Below the pieces are notes generated by a model. The model did not search any database. It saw only the letters and a list, made by a program, of their open reading frames with translations, and was not told where the DNA came from. Both the position numbers and the translations under genes were made by a program. From Betaproteobacteria bacterium (GTDB lineage: Bacteria; Pseudomonadota; Gammaproteobacteria; Burkholderiales; SG8-41), in contig JACPEF010000227.1 in NCBI GenBank assembly GCA_016183675.1, forward strand, positions 1 through 45,023: a stretch of DNA of 45,023 nt, read 5' to 3'. How positions within the stretch are numbered: position 1 is the first letter of the stretch; every line of letters starts with the position of its first letter. Below are positions 6,344-15,264 of this stretch, piece by piece.

Positions 6344-8086
6344 TCACTTTTCCGGTGGAATGACCGGCAGCAGCACGGGCGCCGGCCGGGCCGGCCCCAT
6401 GTGCAGCGTCACTTTTCCGCCGAAGATTTCAGGAGGCCGGTCGGTGGGATCGTCGTGCACGAACGGCCCGCAGCCGCGCATGGGATTTTTCATGTTCGAC
6501 AGCGTCGCGCCCGGGCCGTCGTACTCGTAGTCCTTGCCGCGGATCGTGAGCGCGATGCGGTAGCCCGCCGGCACCACGATGCAGGTCGGCCAGATCTCGA
6601 CGTCCAGCTCGACCACCTCGCCGGGCTTGAGCACCTGTTTCTCGTCGTGCCTGTGATACGGGCGATACGGCAGGGAGAGCTTCGGGTCGAGCTTCCTCTG
6701 GGAGGCGCGCAGCCATCCCTGCCCGACCGGCGTGTGCGGATCGAGCGCGCCCTGGAACACCACTTCCTTGCCGTCCGGCGCGAACACGCGCAGCACCGCG
6801 AAGATGTCGGCGTCGGTGGTGGATGACGATACCCACAGCTTCAGCGCCGACGGGCCGGTGACCTCGGTTGCCTCCTCGAGCGGGGGCGTGGAGAAGGTGA
6901 CGCCCTCGCCCATCGCGTCATAGGTAATCGAGCCCGCGGCGGTGACCGGCGTGGGCGAGAGACGCATCGCGCTTGAATCAAGGTAAAACTTCGTCCATCT
7001 CGTCCGCGCGAGCGGCCACTCGTTTTCGTGCCGCTCGACGAAACGGTTGACATGACGCACCCGAAGCAGCACGCGCGGCTGCCTGTCCCAGCCGTTGCTC
7101 TTCCCCTTCAGAAAAAAATCGAAGAAGCGCTTCTGGAGCGCGACGCCGTAATCGGTGTAGAACGGCGCCCAGTGCGAGCCGCCATGCACTTCGAGCCATT
7201 TCTGCTTGGACGCGGCGCGCGCGAAACCCTCGAAGTTGCCGCGCGGGTGCAGCCCCTGCCCGCCCCAGTTGGCGGCGGAGAGCAGCGGCACGACGACCTT
7301 CGACCAGTCCGCCGACCGGTCGCGGTAATAATCGTCCACGAGCGGGTGCTCGAGCACTCCCGCCCACATGTCCGTGCGGTTGCGCGCAAGCTCTTCCTCG
7401 GAGAGCGTCCCGGGCCCGCACACGAGCTCGCCGGTCAGGCGGCTCTTCGGGCCGCGCTCGCCCCGCCCGTGCTGCACGGTCTTCACCTGCATTTCCTGCC
7501 AGTTCTTGCGGAAGGTGCAGGCGATGCCCCCATGGCGGACCGAGTCGCGATAGTAGTCCCCCCATCCTTCCCAGACGCAGATCGCCGTAAGATGCGGCGG
7601 CTGCAGCGCCGCAGCGCGCCACTGGCTGCTCGCGTAATAGGAGATGCCGTTCAGCCCCACCCTTCCGCTGCACCACGGCCGCCCCGCGGCCCACTCGATA
7701 CAGTCGTAGAAGTCGCGGTTCTCGCGCGCGTTGTTGTGATCGAGACAGCCGGGCGAGCGGCCGGCACCGCGCGAGTCCACGCGCACGCAGGCATAGCCGT
7801 CGGGCACCCATTTCTCGGGATCGACGACTTCCCAGTTCTGGTATTTGTTGGTCGTCCCCGAGACCGCGTCGGGGTTATCCCGCGCCATGATCTCCCACGC
7901 GGTCTTGTAGCCGTCCTGAAACGCGAGGCCCTTGCCGTACGGGCCATAGCTCACGATCGCCGGGTAGCGGCCTTCGGCGACCGGGCGGTACACGTCCGCG
8001 CGCAGCACGAGGCCGTCGTCCATCGCGATCGGCACGTCCCAGTCGATCCGCATGCCGTCGCGGATTTCGCTCTTCTGCCGGCTCAT
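6344..8086 (-). CDS. CocE/NonD-family (peptidase S15-like) hydrolase, paralog 1
   Basis: Long ORF 6344..8140. I prefer the ATG at 8086 (MSRQKSEIRDGMRIDWDVPIAMDDGLVLRADVYRP), which matches the N-terminus of the paralog at 18161. Nucleophile context GLNGISYYASSQW. C-terminal LLPVIPP motif. Confidence 0.9.
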   Translation of the reverse strand: MSRQKSEIRDGMRIDWDVPIAMDDGLVLRADVYRPVAEGRYPAIVSYGPYGKGLAFQDGYKTAWEIMARDNPDAVSGTTNKYQNWEVVDPEKWVPDGYACVRVDSRGAGRSPGCLDHNNARENRDFYDCIEWAAGRPWCSGRVGLNGISYYASSQWRAAALQPPHLTAICVWEGWGDYYRDSVRHGGIACTFRKNWQEMQVKTVQHGRGERGPKSRLTGELVCGPGTLSEEELARNRTDMWAGVLEHPLVDDYYRDRSADWSKVVVPLLSAANWGGQGLHPRGNFEGFARAASKQKWLEVHGGSHWAPFYTDYGVALQKRFFDFFLKGKSNGWDRQPRVLLRVRHVNRFVERHENEWPLARTRWTKFYLDSSAMRLSPTPVTAAGSITYDAMGEGVTFSTPPLEEATEVTGPSALKLWVSSSTTDADIFAVLRVFAPDGKEVVFQGALDPHTPVGQGWLRASQRKLDPKLSLPYRPYHRHDEKQVLKPGEVVELDVEIWPTCIVVPAGYRIALTIRGKDYEYDGPGATLSNMKNPMRGCGPFVHDDPTDRPPEIFGGKVTLHMGPARPAPVLLPVIPPEK

Positions 8087-8299
8087 CTCTCTGCCTTTTT
8101 GGTCCGGAACGGCCGGTTCGCCGGCCGCGGCGCGAAACATCGAATTGCGGACGTTCAGGTCCGCATTCTACGACAGCGCCGCGACGGGCCATATCGCTCA
8201 CCGCGCGCGAAAAGTGGTCCACGCCGTGGATGCCGGCTTGACCGTGCATTTCGGCCGAGACTATGCTTGCCCCACTCCCGCATCCCGGAAGGAAGCCCG

Positions 8300-9589
8300 A
8301 TGTCCGCCGCCGATTCCAGCAGGACAGACCGTTTCGGCAACCCGATTGACCCCATCGTCAGCTACGCGCGCGGCTCGATCCTGAAGGGCACCGACGAGGA
8401 GGTGACGCGCATGCTGCGCGCGCGGCACATGGTCGGCGAGCGCGTGCGCGCCAAAGGCAAGGACAGCGTCTACGACCTTTCCGGCATGAACCGCGGCGGC
8501 GGATTGACGGCGGACGACACTCCGCACCTCACCAGCCACGTGCCGTTCTTCGAGCGCTTCGAAGGCAAGACCGAGCCGCTCGCGTTGAAGCACATGGGCG
8601 CCGATCCCGCCAGGCACAACGCATTGATATTGAACCGCGTATCGGCCGCGAACTTCATCGCGCTCACCACCCTGCTCGCGCGCGGCGACCGCGTATACAG
8701 TTTCGCGCCGGCGGGCGGCGTGACCCATCCTTCCTGCGTACGCCCGATCGCAATGGCGGGCGCGGTGCTCAAGGAATTTCACTCGATCGACGATCTCGAG
8801 CAAGCCTGGCACGAGGAAGGCGCGCCGCGGCTGCTCCTCGTCACGCCGATCAGCGCGTCCAAGCGCCACATCGAGTTCGAGCACTTCCAGCGCGCGCTCG
8901 CGCTCCCGCGCGGCCCGAACACGCTCGTTTTCGTGGACGACGCGCACTTGGCCTCGCGGATCGCGTTTTTCGACGAGCCGCGCACCTTCGAGGTGGGCGA
9001 TATCGACCTCGCGGTGTGCTCCGCGGACAAGCACGTCGCCGGCCCGCGCGCCGGTGTCTTCGTCGGCCGCGCCGACCTCATCACAAAAATCGGTTCGCGC
9101 GCCTACGAACTGGGACTCGAAGCGCAGGCCGGGCAGTACGTGGGCGTCGCCAACGCGCTCCGCAACTTCGATCCGGGGGTGATCAAGCGCGCCGGCGAGC
9201 TCGCCAGGCAGTTGATCGAGGTGCTGCAGTCGCAGTACGGACCCCAACGCGCCTACCTCGGCGGACCCGGCGTCTCGATTTCCGGCGACGACGCGCTCGA
9301 CATCGCGCGCGAGAGCCGCGGCAACGGCGACCGGCCCAGGCTGGTGCCGGTCGAGGCCGCCGGGCTGGTGGCGATGGAAATGCTGGAGCAGGACGGCATC
9401 CTTACCATCGGCGCGGTTGCGATGCCGGGGAGCGCGCCCGCGGTGCGGCTCATGATGTATCCCGACGGGCACAAGCTCGGCATCGAGCGCATCGCCGCTT
9501 CGCTCGAGCACGGCATCTCGCGGCTCGCCGAGGTGATCGACGACACCGACGCGGCAAGAGAGCAACTGCTGGGACTCGGCCGGGCTTAG
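8300..9589 (+). CDS. SelA-like fold-type I PLP-dependent enzyme
   Basis: The 3' part of ORF 7028..9589. The upstream part is antisense to the hydrolase gene. ATG at 8300 is preceded by GGAAGGAAG. SADKHVAGPRAGV resembles the SelA PLP-lysine motif (SGDKLLGGPQAG). Confidence 0.7.
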   Translation: MSAADSSRTDRFGNPIDPIVSYARGSILKGTDEEVTRMLRARHMVGERVRAKGKDSVYDLSGMNRGGGLTADDTPHLTSHVPFFERFEGKTEPLALKHMGADPARHNALILNRVSAANFIALTTLLARGDRVYSFAPAGGVTHPSCVRPIAMAGAVLKEFHSIDDLEQAWHEEGAPRLLLVTPISASKRHIEFEHFQRALALPRGPNTLVFVDDAHLASRIAFFDEPRTFEVGDIDLAVCSADKHVAGPRAGVFVGRADLITKIGSRAYELGLEAQAGQYVGVANALRNFDPGVIKRAGELARQLIEVLQSQYGPQRAYLGGPGVSISGDDALDIARESRGNGDRPRLVPVEAAGLVAMEMLEQDGILTIGAVAMPGSAPAVRLMMYPDGHKLGIERIAASLEHGISRLAEVIDDTDAAREQLLGLGRA

Positions 9590-9838
9590 CCCCGACAAAC
9601 CTCTAATGCAAAACCGGCGCCGGAAAAATTGCAAGAGAGGATGACAGATATGCGAATTCACCCTCGCTTTTCTTCACATTCGACGGCTTCGGCCGGGTTT
9701 TTTTCTGAATGGTCAGCTGGTTTTGCTGTTAGCCGCCGGTTCGGACCGTTAAGTCCGACAGGCTGCCAGCGAATGACAGCGCAGGCGGCGTGCGCCCGCC
9801 GCGGCCGGCATTCCGGTGAGCGTTCGAGGAGGAACATC

Positions 9839-10810
9839 ATGACATCGTGGTTCCGGGCGACCTTGCTGGCGCTGCTTGCGGCCGTGGGCGCGGGCGGCAC
9901 GCACGCGCAGGGCTATCCCGCCAAGCCGGTGCGGCTCATCATCGCGTTCCCGGCGGGCGGCGGTTCCGACGTGATGGGCCGCATCGTCGCGCAGAAGCTC
10001 TCCGAGCGCTTCGGTCACCAGGTCATCGTGGACAACCGTCCCGGCGCGGGCGGCTCGATCGGCACCGAGGCCGCCGTGAGATCCGCGCCCGACGGCTACA
10101 CGCTGCAACTCGCCTCGACCTCCGAGGTTTCGATCAATCGCAGCCTCTACACCAAGCTCTCATACGATCCGCTGAAAGACCTCGCGCCCATTACAGGGGT
10201 CGCCTCGACGCCCATGGTGCTGATCGTGCACCCCTCGATGCCGGTGAAAACCATCAAGGAGCTGGTCGCGCTCGCGAAAGCGCGCCCGGGGCAGATCAAT
10301 TATAGTTCCGCGGGCTCGGGGACGACGACCCATCTCTCGGCGGAGCTCTTTCGCGCGATGACCCATATCAACATCGTCCACGTGCCGTACAAAGGTGCGC
10401 CGCCGGCGCTCGCCGACCTCGCGGGAGGTCACGTGCAGATGATGTTCTCGACGCTGCCCGCCGTGCTGCCGCTCATCACGGGTAACAGGCTCCGCCCGGT
10501 CGCGGTGTCCTCGACCACGCGAGCCAGGGCGCTCCCCGCTGTGCCGACCATGGTGGAAGCAGGCGTCGCGGGCTACGAAGTGAACTACTGGTACGGCATG
10601 TTCGTGCCGCTGGCCACTTCGAAAGAGATCATCGGCGTGCTCTACAACCATCTCGCCCAGGCACTGCGCTCGCCCGAGATGATCGCGAACATCAACAAGC
10701 AGGGCGCGGAGCCGGTGAGCATGACGACCGGCGAGTTCGCCCAGTTTCTCAAGGCCGACGCCGAGCGCTGGGCCAGGGCGGTCAAGTTCTCCGGCGCCAA
10801 GGCCGATTGA
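9839..10810 (+). CDS. Bug/TctC-family periplasmic solute-binding protein (1 of 10)
   Basis: ATG at 9839 after GAGGAGGAAC. Signal peptide MTSWFRATLLALLAAVGAGGTHAQG, then YPAKPVRLIIAFPAGGGSD. C-terminal EFAQFLKADAERWARAVK. The upstream part of ORF 9629.. has no family similarity. Confidence 0.9.
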   Translation: MTSWFRATLLALLAAVGAGGTHAQGYPAKPVRLIIAFPAGGGSDVMGRIVAQKLSERFGHQVIVDNRPGAGGSIGTEAAVRSAPDGYTLQLASTSEVSINRSLYTKLSYDPLKDLAPITGVASTPMVLIVHPSMPVKTIKELVALAKARPGQINYSSAGSGTTTHLSAELFRAMTHINIVHVPYKGAPPALADLAGGHVQMMFSTLPAVLPLITGNRLRPVAVSSTTRARALPAVPTMVEAGVAGYEVNYWYGMFVPLATSKEIIGVLYNHLAQALRSPEMIANINKQGAEPVSMTTGEFAQFLKADAERWARAVKFSGAKAD

Positions 10811-10925
10811 CCGAGCGCTTCGACGCAGCGCCAGGAAATTCTCTCTCGCCTCCCGGCAAAGGGTTAGGGAGGGAGCCGCGGACGTGCGATAATTTCGCCG
10901 GCGAACACCCGATTCGTTCACGAAC

Positions 10926-11336
10926 ATGGCACAAAGACCCGAAGACCGAACCGCCGACCCCAAGATGGACCCCGCGACGCTCTACCGCGAGGAGATCTAC
11001 ACCGACCGCAAGGTAGGAACCATCCGCACCCTCACCCCCGTGAAGAGCGACGGCTCGCCGGACGCGGGCCGCAAGGTGGTCTATGTCGGCGAAGCGCAGC
11101 TCCTGACAAGTGTTGGCGCGCTGCCCATTACCTTCGAGATCGAGGCCAAATCGCTGGACGAGGCCGTAGCGAAGTTCGCCGGCGTCGCGAAGGACGCGGT
11201 GGAGCGCACGGTGCGCGACCTGCAGGAGCTGCGCCGGCAGGCGGCCTCCTCCATCGTCGTGCCGCAGGGGGGCATGGGGGGGCTAGGTGGCCCCGGTGGT
11301 CTGCCGGGTGCCGGCGGGAAGATCCAGATTCCCTGA
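10926..11336 (+). CDS. Conserved hypothetical cytoplasmic protein with Gly-rich C-terminus
   Basis: 136-aa ORF (DPATLYREEIYTDRKVGTIRTLTPV...GGMGGLGGPGGLPGAGGKIQIP). No family recognised with certainty. An alternative ATG is at 10965. Confidence 0.55.
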   Translation: MAQRPEDRTADPKMDPATLYREEIYTDRKVGTIRTLTPVKSDGSPDAGRKVVYVGEAQLLTSVGALPITFEIEAKSLDEAVAKFAGVAKDAVERTVRDLQELRRQAASSIVVPQGGMGGLGGPGGLPGAGGKIQIP

Positions 11337-11352
11337 AAGTAAGTAACCCTTC

Positions 11353-11476
11353 GCCGCCAAGACGCCAAGGACGCCAAGCAAACCAAAATCCTTAACCACA
11401 AAGGACGCAAAGGAAACAAGAACTCAGACCAGGTTCATGCTCGATGAAACCTTCGTGTCCTTTGTGTCCTTTGTGG
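11353..11476 (+). repeat. Type III modular element: CGCCAAG array plus CACAAAGG hairpin
   Basis: GCCGCCAAGACGCCAAGGACGCCAAG (11353-11378). Arm CCACAAAGGACGCAAAGGAAAC (11396-11417) is complementary to GTGTCCTTTGTGTCCTTTGTGG (11455-11476). Starts 17 nt after the stop of the upstream + gene. Confidence 0.7.
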
Positions 11477-12157
11477 TTCAAGAACTTGGGTCTTTTCGAT
11501 ACGGTTAAGGCCTTCTGCGTCGCGCTCGCCTGCGCGGCGCTGCTCGCCGCGCCCGCCGCAGCCCAGGCGGTCGAACACGGCCAGCACAGCTTCTCCCGCG
11601 CGGAAAAGTGGGCGCAGGTCTTCGATGATCCGGCGCGCGACGAATGGCAAAAGCCGGACGAAGTGATCCGCGCGTTGAAGCTTGCCCCGGAAGCCCTGGT
11701 CGCCGACATCGGCGCGGGCACCGGCTACTTCGCGGTGAGGTTTGCACGCGCGGTGCCGAAGGGCCGCGTCTACGGCGCGGACACCGAGCCCGACATGGTG
11801 CGCTACCTCGCCGAGCGCGCGCAGCGCGAGAAGCTCGGCAACCTCACCGCAGTCCCCGCCAAACCGGACGACCCGGGCATTCCGGCGGCGGTGGATCTCG
11901 CGATCCTGGTGGACACGTACCACCACGTGTCCGACCGCGAGCGCTACTTCACGAACCTGCAGAAATCGCTCAAGCCGAAAGGCCGGCTTGCGATCATCGA
12001 CTTTACGCTCGACTCACCCGTCGGCCCGCCGAAGCGCGCCCGCATTCCGGCCGACAAGGTGAAGCAGGAGCTCGCGCGCGCGGGCTACAAGCTCGTGCAG
12101 GAGCACGCCTTCCTGCCCAACCAGTACTTCCTCGTCTTCCGGCCTCAGAAGCAGTGA
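11444..12157 (+). CDS. Class I SAM-dependent methyltransferase with N-terminal signal-like segment
   Basis: 237-aa ORF with SAM motif I VADIGAGTGYFAVRFA. The first 11 codons run through the hairpin arm, so the in-frame TTG at 11486 is an alternative start (GLFDTVKAFCVALACAALLAAPAAAQA). Confidence 0.8.
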   Translation: MKPSCPLCPLWFKNLGLFDTVKAFCVALACAALLAAPAAAQAVEHGQHSFSRAEKWAQVFDDPARDEWQKPDEVIRALKLAPEALVADIGAGTGYFAVRFARAVPKGRVYGADTEPDMVRYLAERAQREKLGNLTAVPAKPDDPGIPAAVDLAILVDTYHHVSDRERYFTNLQKSLKPKGRLAIIDFTLDSPVGPPKRARIPADKVKQELARAGYKLVQEHAFLPNQYFLVFRPQKQ

Positions 12158-12210
12158 CGCAGTGACGTGGTGATGCAGTGAAGAAATGACGCAGTGACAA
12201 AGTGAAGGGT
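12151..12210 (+). repeat. CAGTGAC-type tandem array starting at the methyltransferase stop codon
   Basis: GCAGTGACGCAGTGACGTGGTGATGCAGTGAAGAAATGACGCAGTGACAAAGTGAAGG. The TGA stop (12155-12157) lies inside the first unit. Confidence 0.7.
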
Positions 12211-12265
12211 TAGAGCGTCCCGGCGCTTCGGATTAAACGCGCGTAACTAGAAAGTAAAGCCCTCA

Positions 12266-12322
12266 CGACCCCCCCCGCCCTGGCTGCGACTGCTCGGCGG
12301 CGAAGAGGGGCCCCGCAAGCAA
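12266..12322 (+). repeat. Dispersed about 55-bp GC-rich repeat, copy A (partner at 35946-36000)
   Basis: The core CTGCGACTGCTCGGCGGCGAAGAGGGGCCCC matches CTGCGACTGCTCGGCAGCGAACAGGGGCCCC at 35963-35993 with 2 mismatches. The flanking CGACCCCC..TGG is also shared. Confidence 0.55.
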
Positions 12323-12395
12323 TAGTCGAGATCATTTTTGGATATCGAAAACGGGCGGAGATATTTCGACTCCGACCCCCTTGCGTGCGCAAGAA

Positions 12396-13316
12396 ATGAC
12401 CATCATCCTGATTGAAAACTTCCGCGCAGTGTTCTACGCGCCTTTCTACGCGGCCGCCGCGCTCGGCGCTTACGAGGCGGAGGGCGTGGAGGTGGACATG
12501 AAGATGTCGGCGGCGGCGGACCGGACCCTGCAAACGCTCACCGCCGGGGCGGGGCAGGTATCGTGGGGCGGGCCGTTGCGGATCATGGCCGCCCTCGACC
12601 AGGATCCGAAAGGCGGATACGTCGCGTTCTGCGAGGTGGTGGGGCGCGATCCGTTCTTCCTTGTCGGGCGCGCCCCGAACCCCGGGTTTGCGCTCGAGAA
12701 TCTCCCGGGATGGACACTCGCGACGGTCACCGAGGTGCCGACACCGTGGATCTGCCTTCAGCACGATCTGCGCCGGGCCGGGATCGACCCGTCGGCGGTC
12801 AGGCGGGCAACCGGGCGCACCATGGCGGAGAATGCCGCCGCCCTGCGCGCAGGCGAGGTGGACTTGATCCAGGTGTTCCAGCCCTACGCGAGGTTCCTGA
12901 TCGACGAAGGTGCCGGGCACGTTTGGTACGCCGCCGCGAGTCGCGGACCGACGTCGTACACCACGTTCAACACGACGCGCAGTTTCATCGAGCGGAACCC
13001 CGACGCCGTGCTACGCATGACGCGGGCCATGTACCGGACGCTCAAGTGGATCGCGGCGCGCGACGCACGCGACTTGGCGGAGGCCATCGCCCGCTATTTT
13101 CCCGACCTGCCGGTTCCGGTGCTCACCGCCTGTTGCAACGATTACCAGTCGCTCGGGCTCTGGAACCGCACGCCCGTTGTGCACCGCGAGGGCCTCGAGT
13201 GGCTGCGCGACGCCATGCTCGCAGCGGGGGCGATCCGGACCCGGTTCGCCTATGAGGACTGCGTGGATATGCGCTTCGCCGGGCAGGTCGTGCGCGAAGG
13301 CCCGCCCGCGATTTGA
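12396..13316 (+). CDS. NMT1/THI5-like (SsuA/TauA-type) substrate-binding-domain protein without an obvious signal peptide
   Basis: ORF 12381..13316. The ATG at 12396 (MTIILIENFRAVFYAPFYAAAALGAYEAEGVEV) is typical of this family's first strand-helix. No hydrophobic leader is present. Confidence 0.7.
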   Translation: MTIILIENFRAVFYAPFYAAAALGAYEAEGVEVDMKMSAAADRTLQTLTAGAGQVSWGGPLRIMAALDQDPKGGYVAFCEVVGRDPFFLVGRAPNPGFALENLPGWTLATVTEVPTPWICLQHDLRRAGIDPSAVRRATGRTMAENAAALRAGEVDLIQVFQPYARFLIDEGAGHVWYAAASRGPTSYTTFNTTRSFIERNPDAVLRMTRAMYRTLKWIAARDARDLAEAIARYFPDLPVPVLTACCNDYQSLGLWNRTPVVHREGLEWLRDAMLAAGAIRTRFAYEDCVDMRFAGQVVREGPPAI

Positions 13317-13375
13317 CGCTCCGCGACCCGGCGTCGGGCGATGAGCAGGGAAAACCGGGTCAGCTCAGTCTGTCC

Positions 13376-14272
13376 CTATTTTTCTTTGCCCAACTCCGAA
13401 AGGAAACTCTCGAGCGGGCGGGGCCGGACGCCCAGCGCGGCGGGGGCGCTCTGGGGATCACGGATCACCTTGTCCGTCTTCAGCAGTCGCACCTGATCGA
13501 CGGTCAGGGGCGCATGCGGCAGCCACTGCGTCGAATATGCCCCCGCTTCCGCGAGCGGGAACGGGATCGACACGAGCCACGGCCGGCGTCCGATGGCCCG
13601 GCACAGCCGCTCGATCAACTCGCGAAAGCTGAAAATTTCGCTCCCGCCGAGCTCGAACGCCCGGCCGGCGGTGCCCGGTTCCTCGAGCACCCTTGCCATG
13701 GCCTCGGCAACGTCCTCGACATGCATCGGCTGGAACCGGGTGCGTCCGCCGCCGATCAGGGGAATCGCGGGCGCACTGCGGGCGAGCTGGGTGAATCGCG
13801 TGAAGAAGTGATCGCCCGTCCCGTACACCAGCGCAGGGCGGACGAGGTTGGCGCCAGGGAAAGCCTCTCGGACGGCGTTCTCCCCGGCGGCCTTCGAGCG
13901 ATCAGCCAGCGACGGCGCGTCAAGGCCGATGCCCATCGCCGAAACGTGAACCAAGCGCTCGACGCCTGCAAGCCGCGCCGCTTCCGCAAGCCGGCCGGGG
14001 ATATCGCGATGCAATGAGTAGAACTGCTGCTCGCTCTTCGCGGCTGTGGTGCCGACCAGGTTGACGACCGCCGAGGCGCCGTCAACCGCGCGCTCGAGAG
14101 TGGATGGGTCCTCGATGCTGCCGACGACGCGTTCTATCTGCGGCGCCCGACCACCATCGTCTTCCGCGTGCCGCGAGACGATTCGCACCGGTACGCCGCG
14201 ACCCGCGAGCCGCTCCACCAGCCGGCGGCCGATGAAGCCGGTGCCTCCGACCACGGTGACCCGTAAGTCCAT
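13376..14272 (-). CDS. NAD(P)-binding extended SDR (NDUFA9 / NmrA-like epimerase-dehydratase family)
   Basis: 298-aa ORF. Rossmann motif VTVVGGTGFIGRRLVERL. Overall layout is typical of complex I NDUFA9-like proteins. Confidence 0.85.
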   Translation of the reverse strand: MDLRVTVVGGTGFIGRRLVERLAGRGVPVRIVSRHAEDDGGRAPQIERVVGSIEDPSTLERAVDGASAVVNLVGTTAAKSEQQFYSLHRDIPGRLAEAARLAGVERLVHVSAMGIGLDAPSLADRSKAAGENAVREAFPGANLVRPALVYGTGDHFFTRFTQLARSAPAIPLIGGGRTRFQPMHVEDVAEAMARVLEEPGTAGRAFELGGSEIFSFRELIERLCRAIGRRPWLVSIPFPLAEAGAYSTQWLPHAPLTVDQVRLLKTDKVIRDPQSAPAALGVRPRPLESFLSELGKEK

Positions 14273-14545
14273 GTCTCCAAACTAACTCAAACACGGTCCA
14301 ATGTCGCGCAGAGCTTAGGACCGTTCACTGACCCTTCTCACAGACTCACCAAGAGCGACGCGGTGAAGCGCGCGCTCGAGCGCCTGTTCGAGCAAACCAG
14401 GGCCTCGACCAGCGTCTACCGGGCAAGCGCGAAGTTCCGCAGCAGCGACAAGACGCCGGGTGACGTCGCGCGCCACTCGAAACGCCTGCTCGAATGGGCG
14501 CACGAGGGAAGCCTCGCCGTGGTGGACGTGCCAGTATAGTACCGG

Positions 14546-14569
14546 AAAAAAAACCCCGCCGAAGCGGGG
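14546..14569 (-). terminator. Rho-independent terminator of cspA
   Basis: Minus strand: CCCCGC-TTCG-GCGGGG followed by nine T, 23 nt after the cspA stop. Confidence 0.85.
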
Positions 14570-14592
14570 TTTCGCGGTGATGCGGGCGGACT

Positions 14593-14799
14593 TCACGCGG
14601 CTTTCAGATTGGTCGCGGAGATCTTGCCGTTGTTGCCCTTCTCCAGGTCGAACGAGACTTTCTGCTTCTCGCTCAGCGTGCCAAGACCCGCGCGCTCGAC
14701 CGCGGAGATGTGCACGAACACGTCCTTCGAGCCGTCATCGGGTTGAATGAAGCCGAAGCCTTTGGTGCTGTTGAAAAACTTTACGGTGCCGGTAGACAT
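14593..14799 (-). CDS. cspA: Cold-shock protein CspA family
   Basis: ATG at 14799 after [39 protein letters not shown] contains the RNP1 and RNP2 motifs. The longer ORF to 14916 has no support. Confidence 0.95.
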   Translation of the reverse strand: MSTGTVKFFNSTKGFGFIQPDDGSKDVFVHISAVERAGLGTLSEKQKVSFDLEKGNNGKISATNLKAA

Positions 14800-14980
14800 A
14801 ATGTCCTCCAGATGTGGCGTGGCCGCGCGCGAAAATGCGCGGGGCATCAAATTTACCTGTGGGAAAGGACCGAAAGTGCCAGCCGGAAATGAACTACAAA
14901 CAGACCCAAAGCGCATTCGACCCCGCCATTATGCGCCCAAAGCGCCGGCACGTATATGATTCCTTTCTCGGGGTGCAACT

Positions 14981-15048
14981 CATCACTCATCACCGGGTTT
15001 CAAGCCGGTCACCAGTAATCGTCACCATTATCTCGTCACCCATCACTG
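14981..15048. repeat. CATCAC/GTCACC short-period repeats in the cspA-infA divergent spacer
   Basis: CATCACTCATCACCGGGTTTCAAGCCGGTCACCAGTAATCGTCACCATTATCTCGTCACCCATCACTG. Confidence 0.6.
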
Positions 15049-15264
15049 TTTCCTGGTAATTCTCCTTGCCAACGGTGCCCGCAGCGCCCAAACTCGCGCG
15101 TCACAACGGCTGCCGGGCGGTCATTCGCAGTCTTTCCGGACGGCTTTGCAGTCTCCCTGCTCGATGCCGTGCCCATCCCGGGCGCGGGTCCCGGGAAACT
15201 CACACGCAGCACATCACCGCGGGAAGGCGGCAGCGCCGCTGGGTCCCGCCAGGGGAAATCGCAC

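Noticed and set aside
7028-8299. N-terminal 424 codons of the 853-aa ORF 7028..9589
   Set aside because: This part is antisense to the CocE/NonD-1 gene and has no family-like sequence. Family similarity and a good RBS begin at the ATG at 8300.
9611-9704. Candidate terminators after the SelA-like gene (AAAACCGGCGCCGGAAAAA, and CGGC-TTCG-GCCG followed by T7)
   Set aside because: The first is a loop-less 10-bp palindrome. The second has only a 4-bp stem. Both are too weak to report as features, although the T7 tract at 9698-9704 is suggestive.
12211-12395. TPP riboswitch upstream of the NMT1/THI5-like gene
   Set aside because: NMT1/THI5 genes are sometimes TPP-regulated, but I could not find the conserved CUGAGA / ACCUGAUCUGGAUAAUGCCAGCG elements. 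The region instead holds dispersed-repeat sequence.
14267-14596. Possible ribbon-helix-helix antitoxin remnant on the plus strand (..RLTKSDAVKRALERLFEQ..) and the 93-aa minus-strand ORF 14315..14596
   Set aside because: The plus frame has no usable start codon before the helix and only about 18 residues resemble an RHH helix. The minus ORF's N-terminus runs through the cspA terminator hairpin and has no recognisable family. Neither is supportable as a gene.
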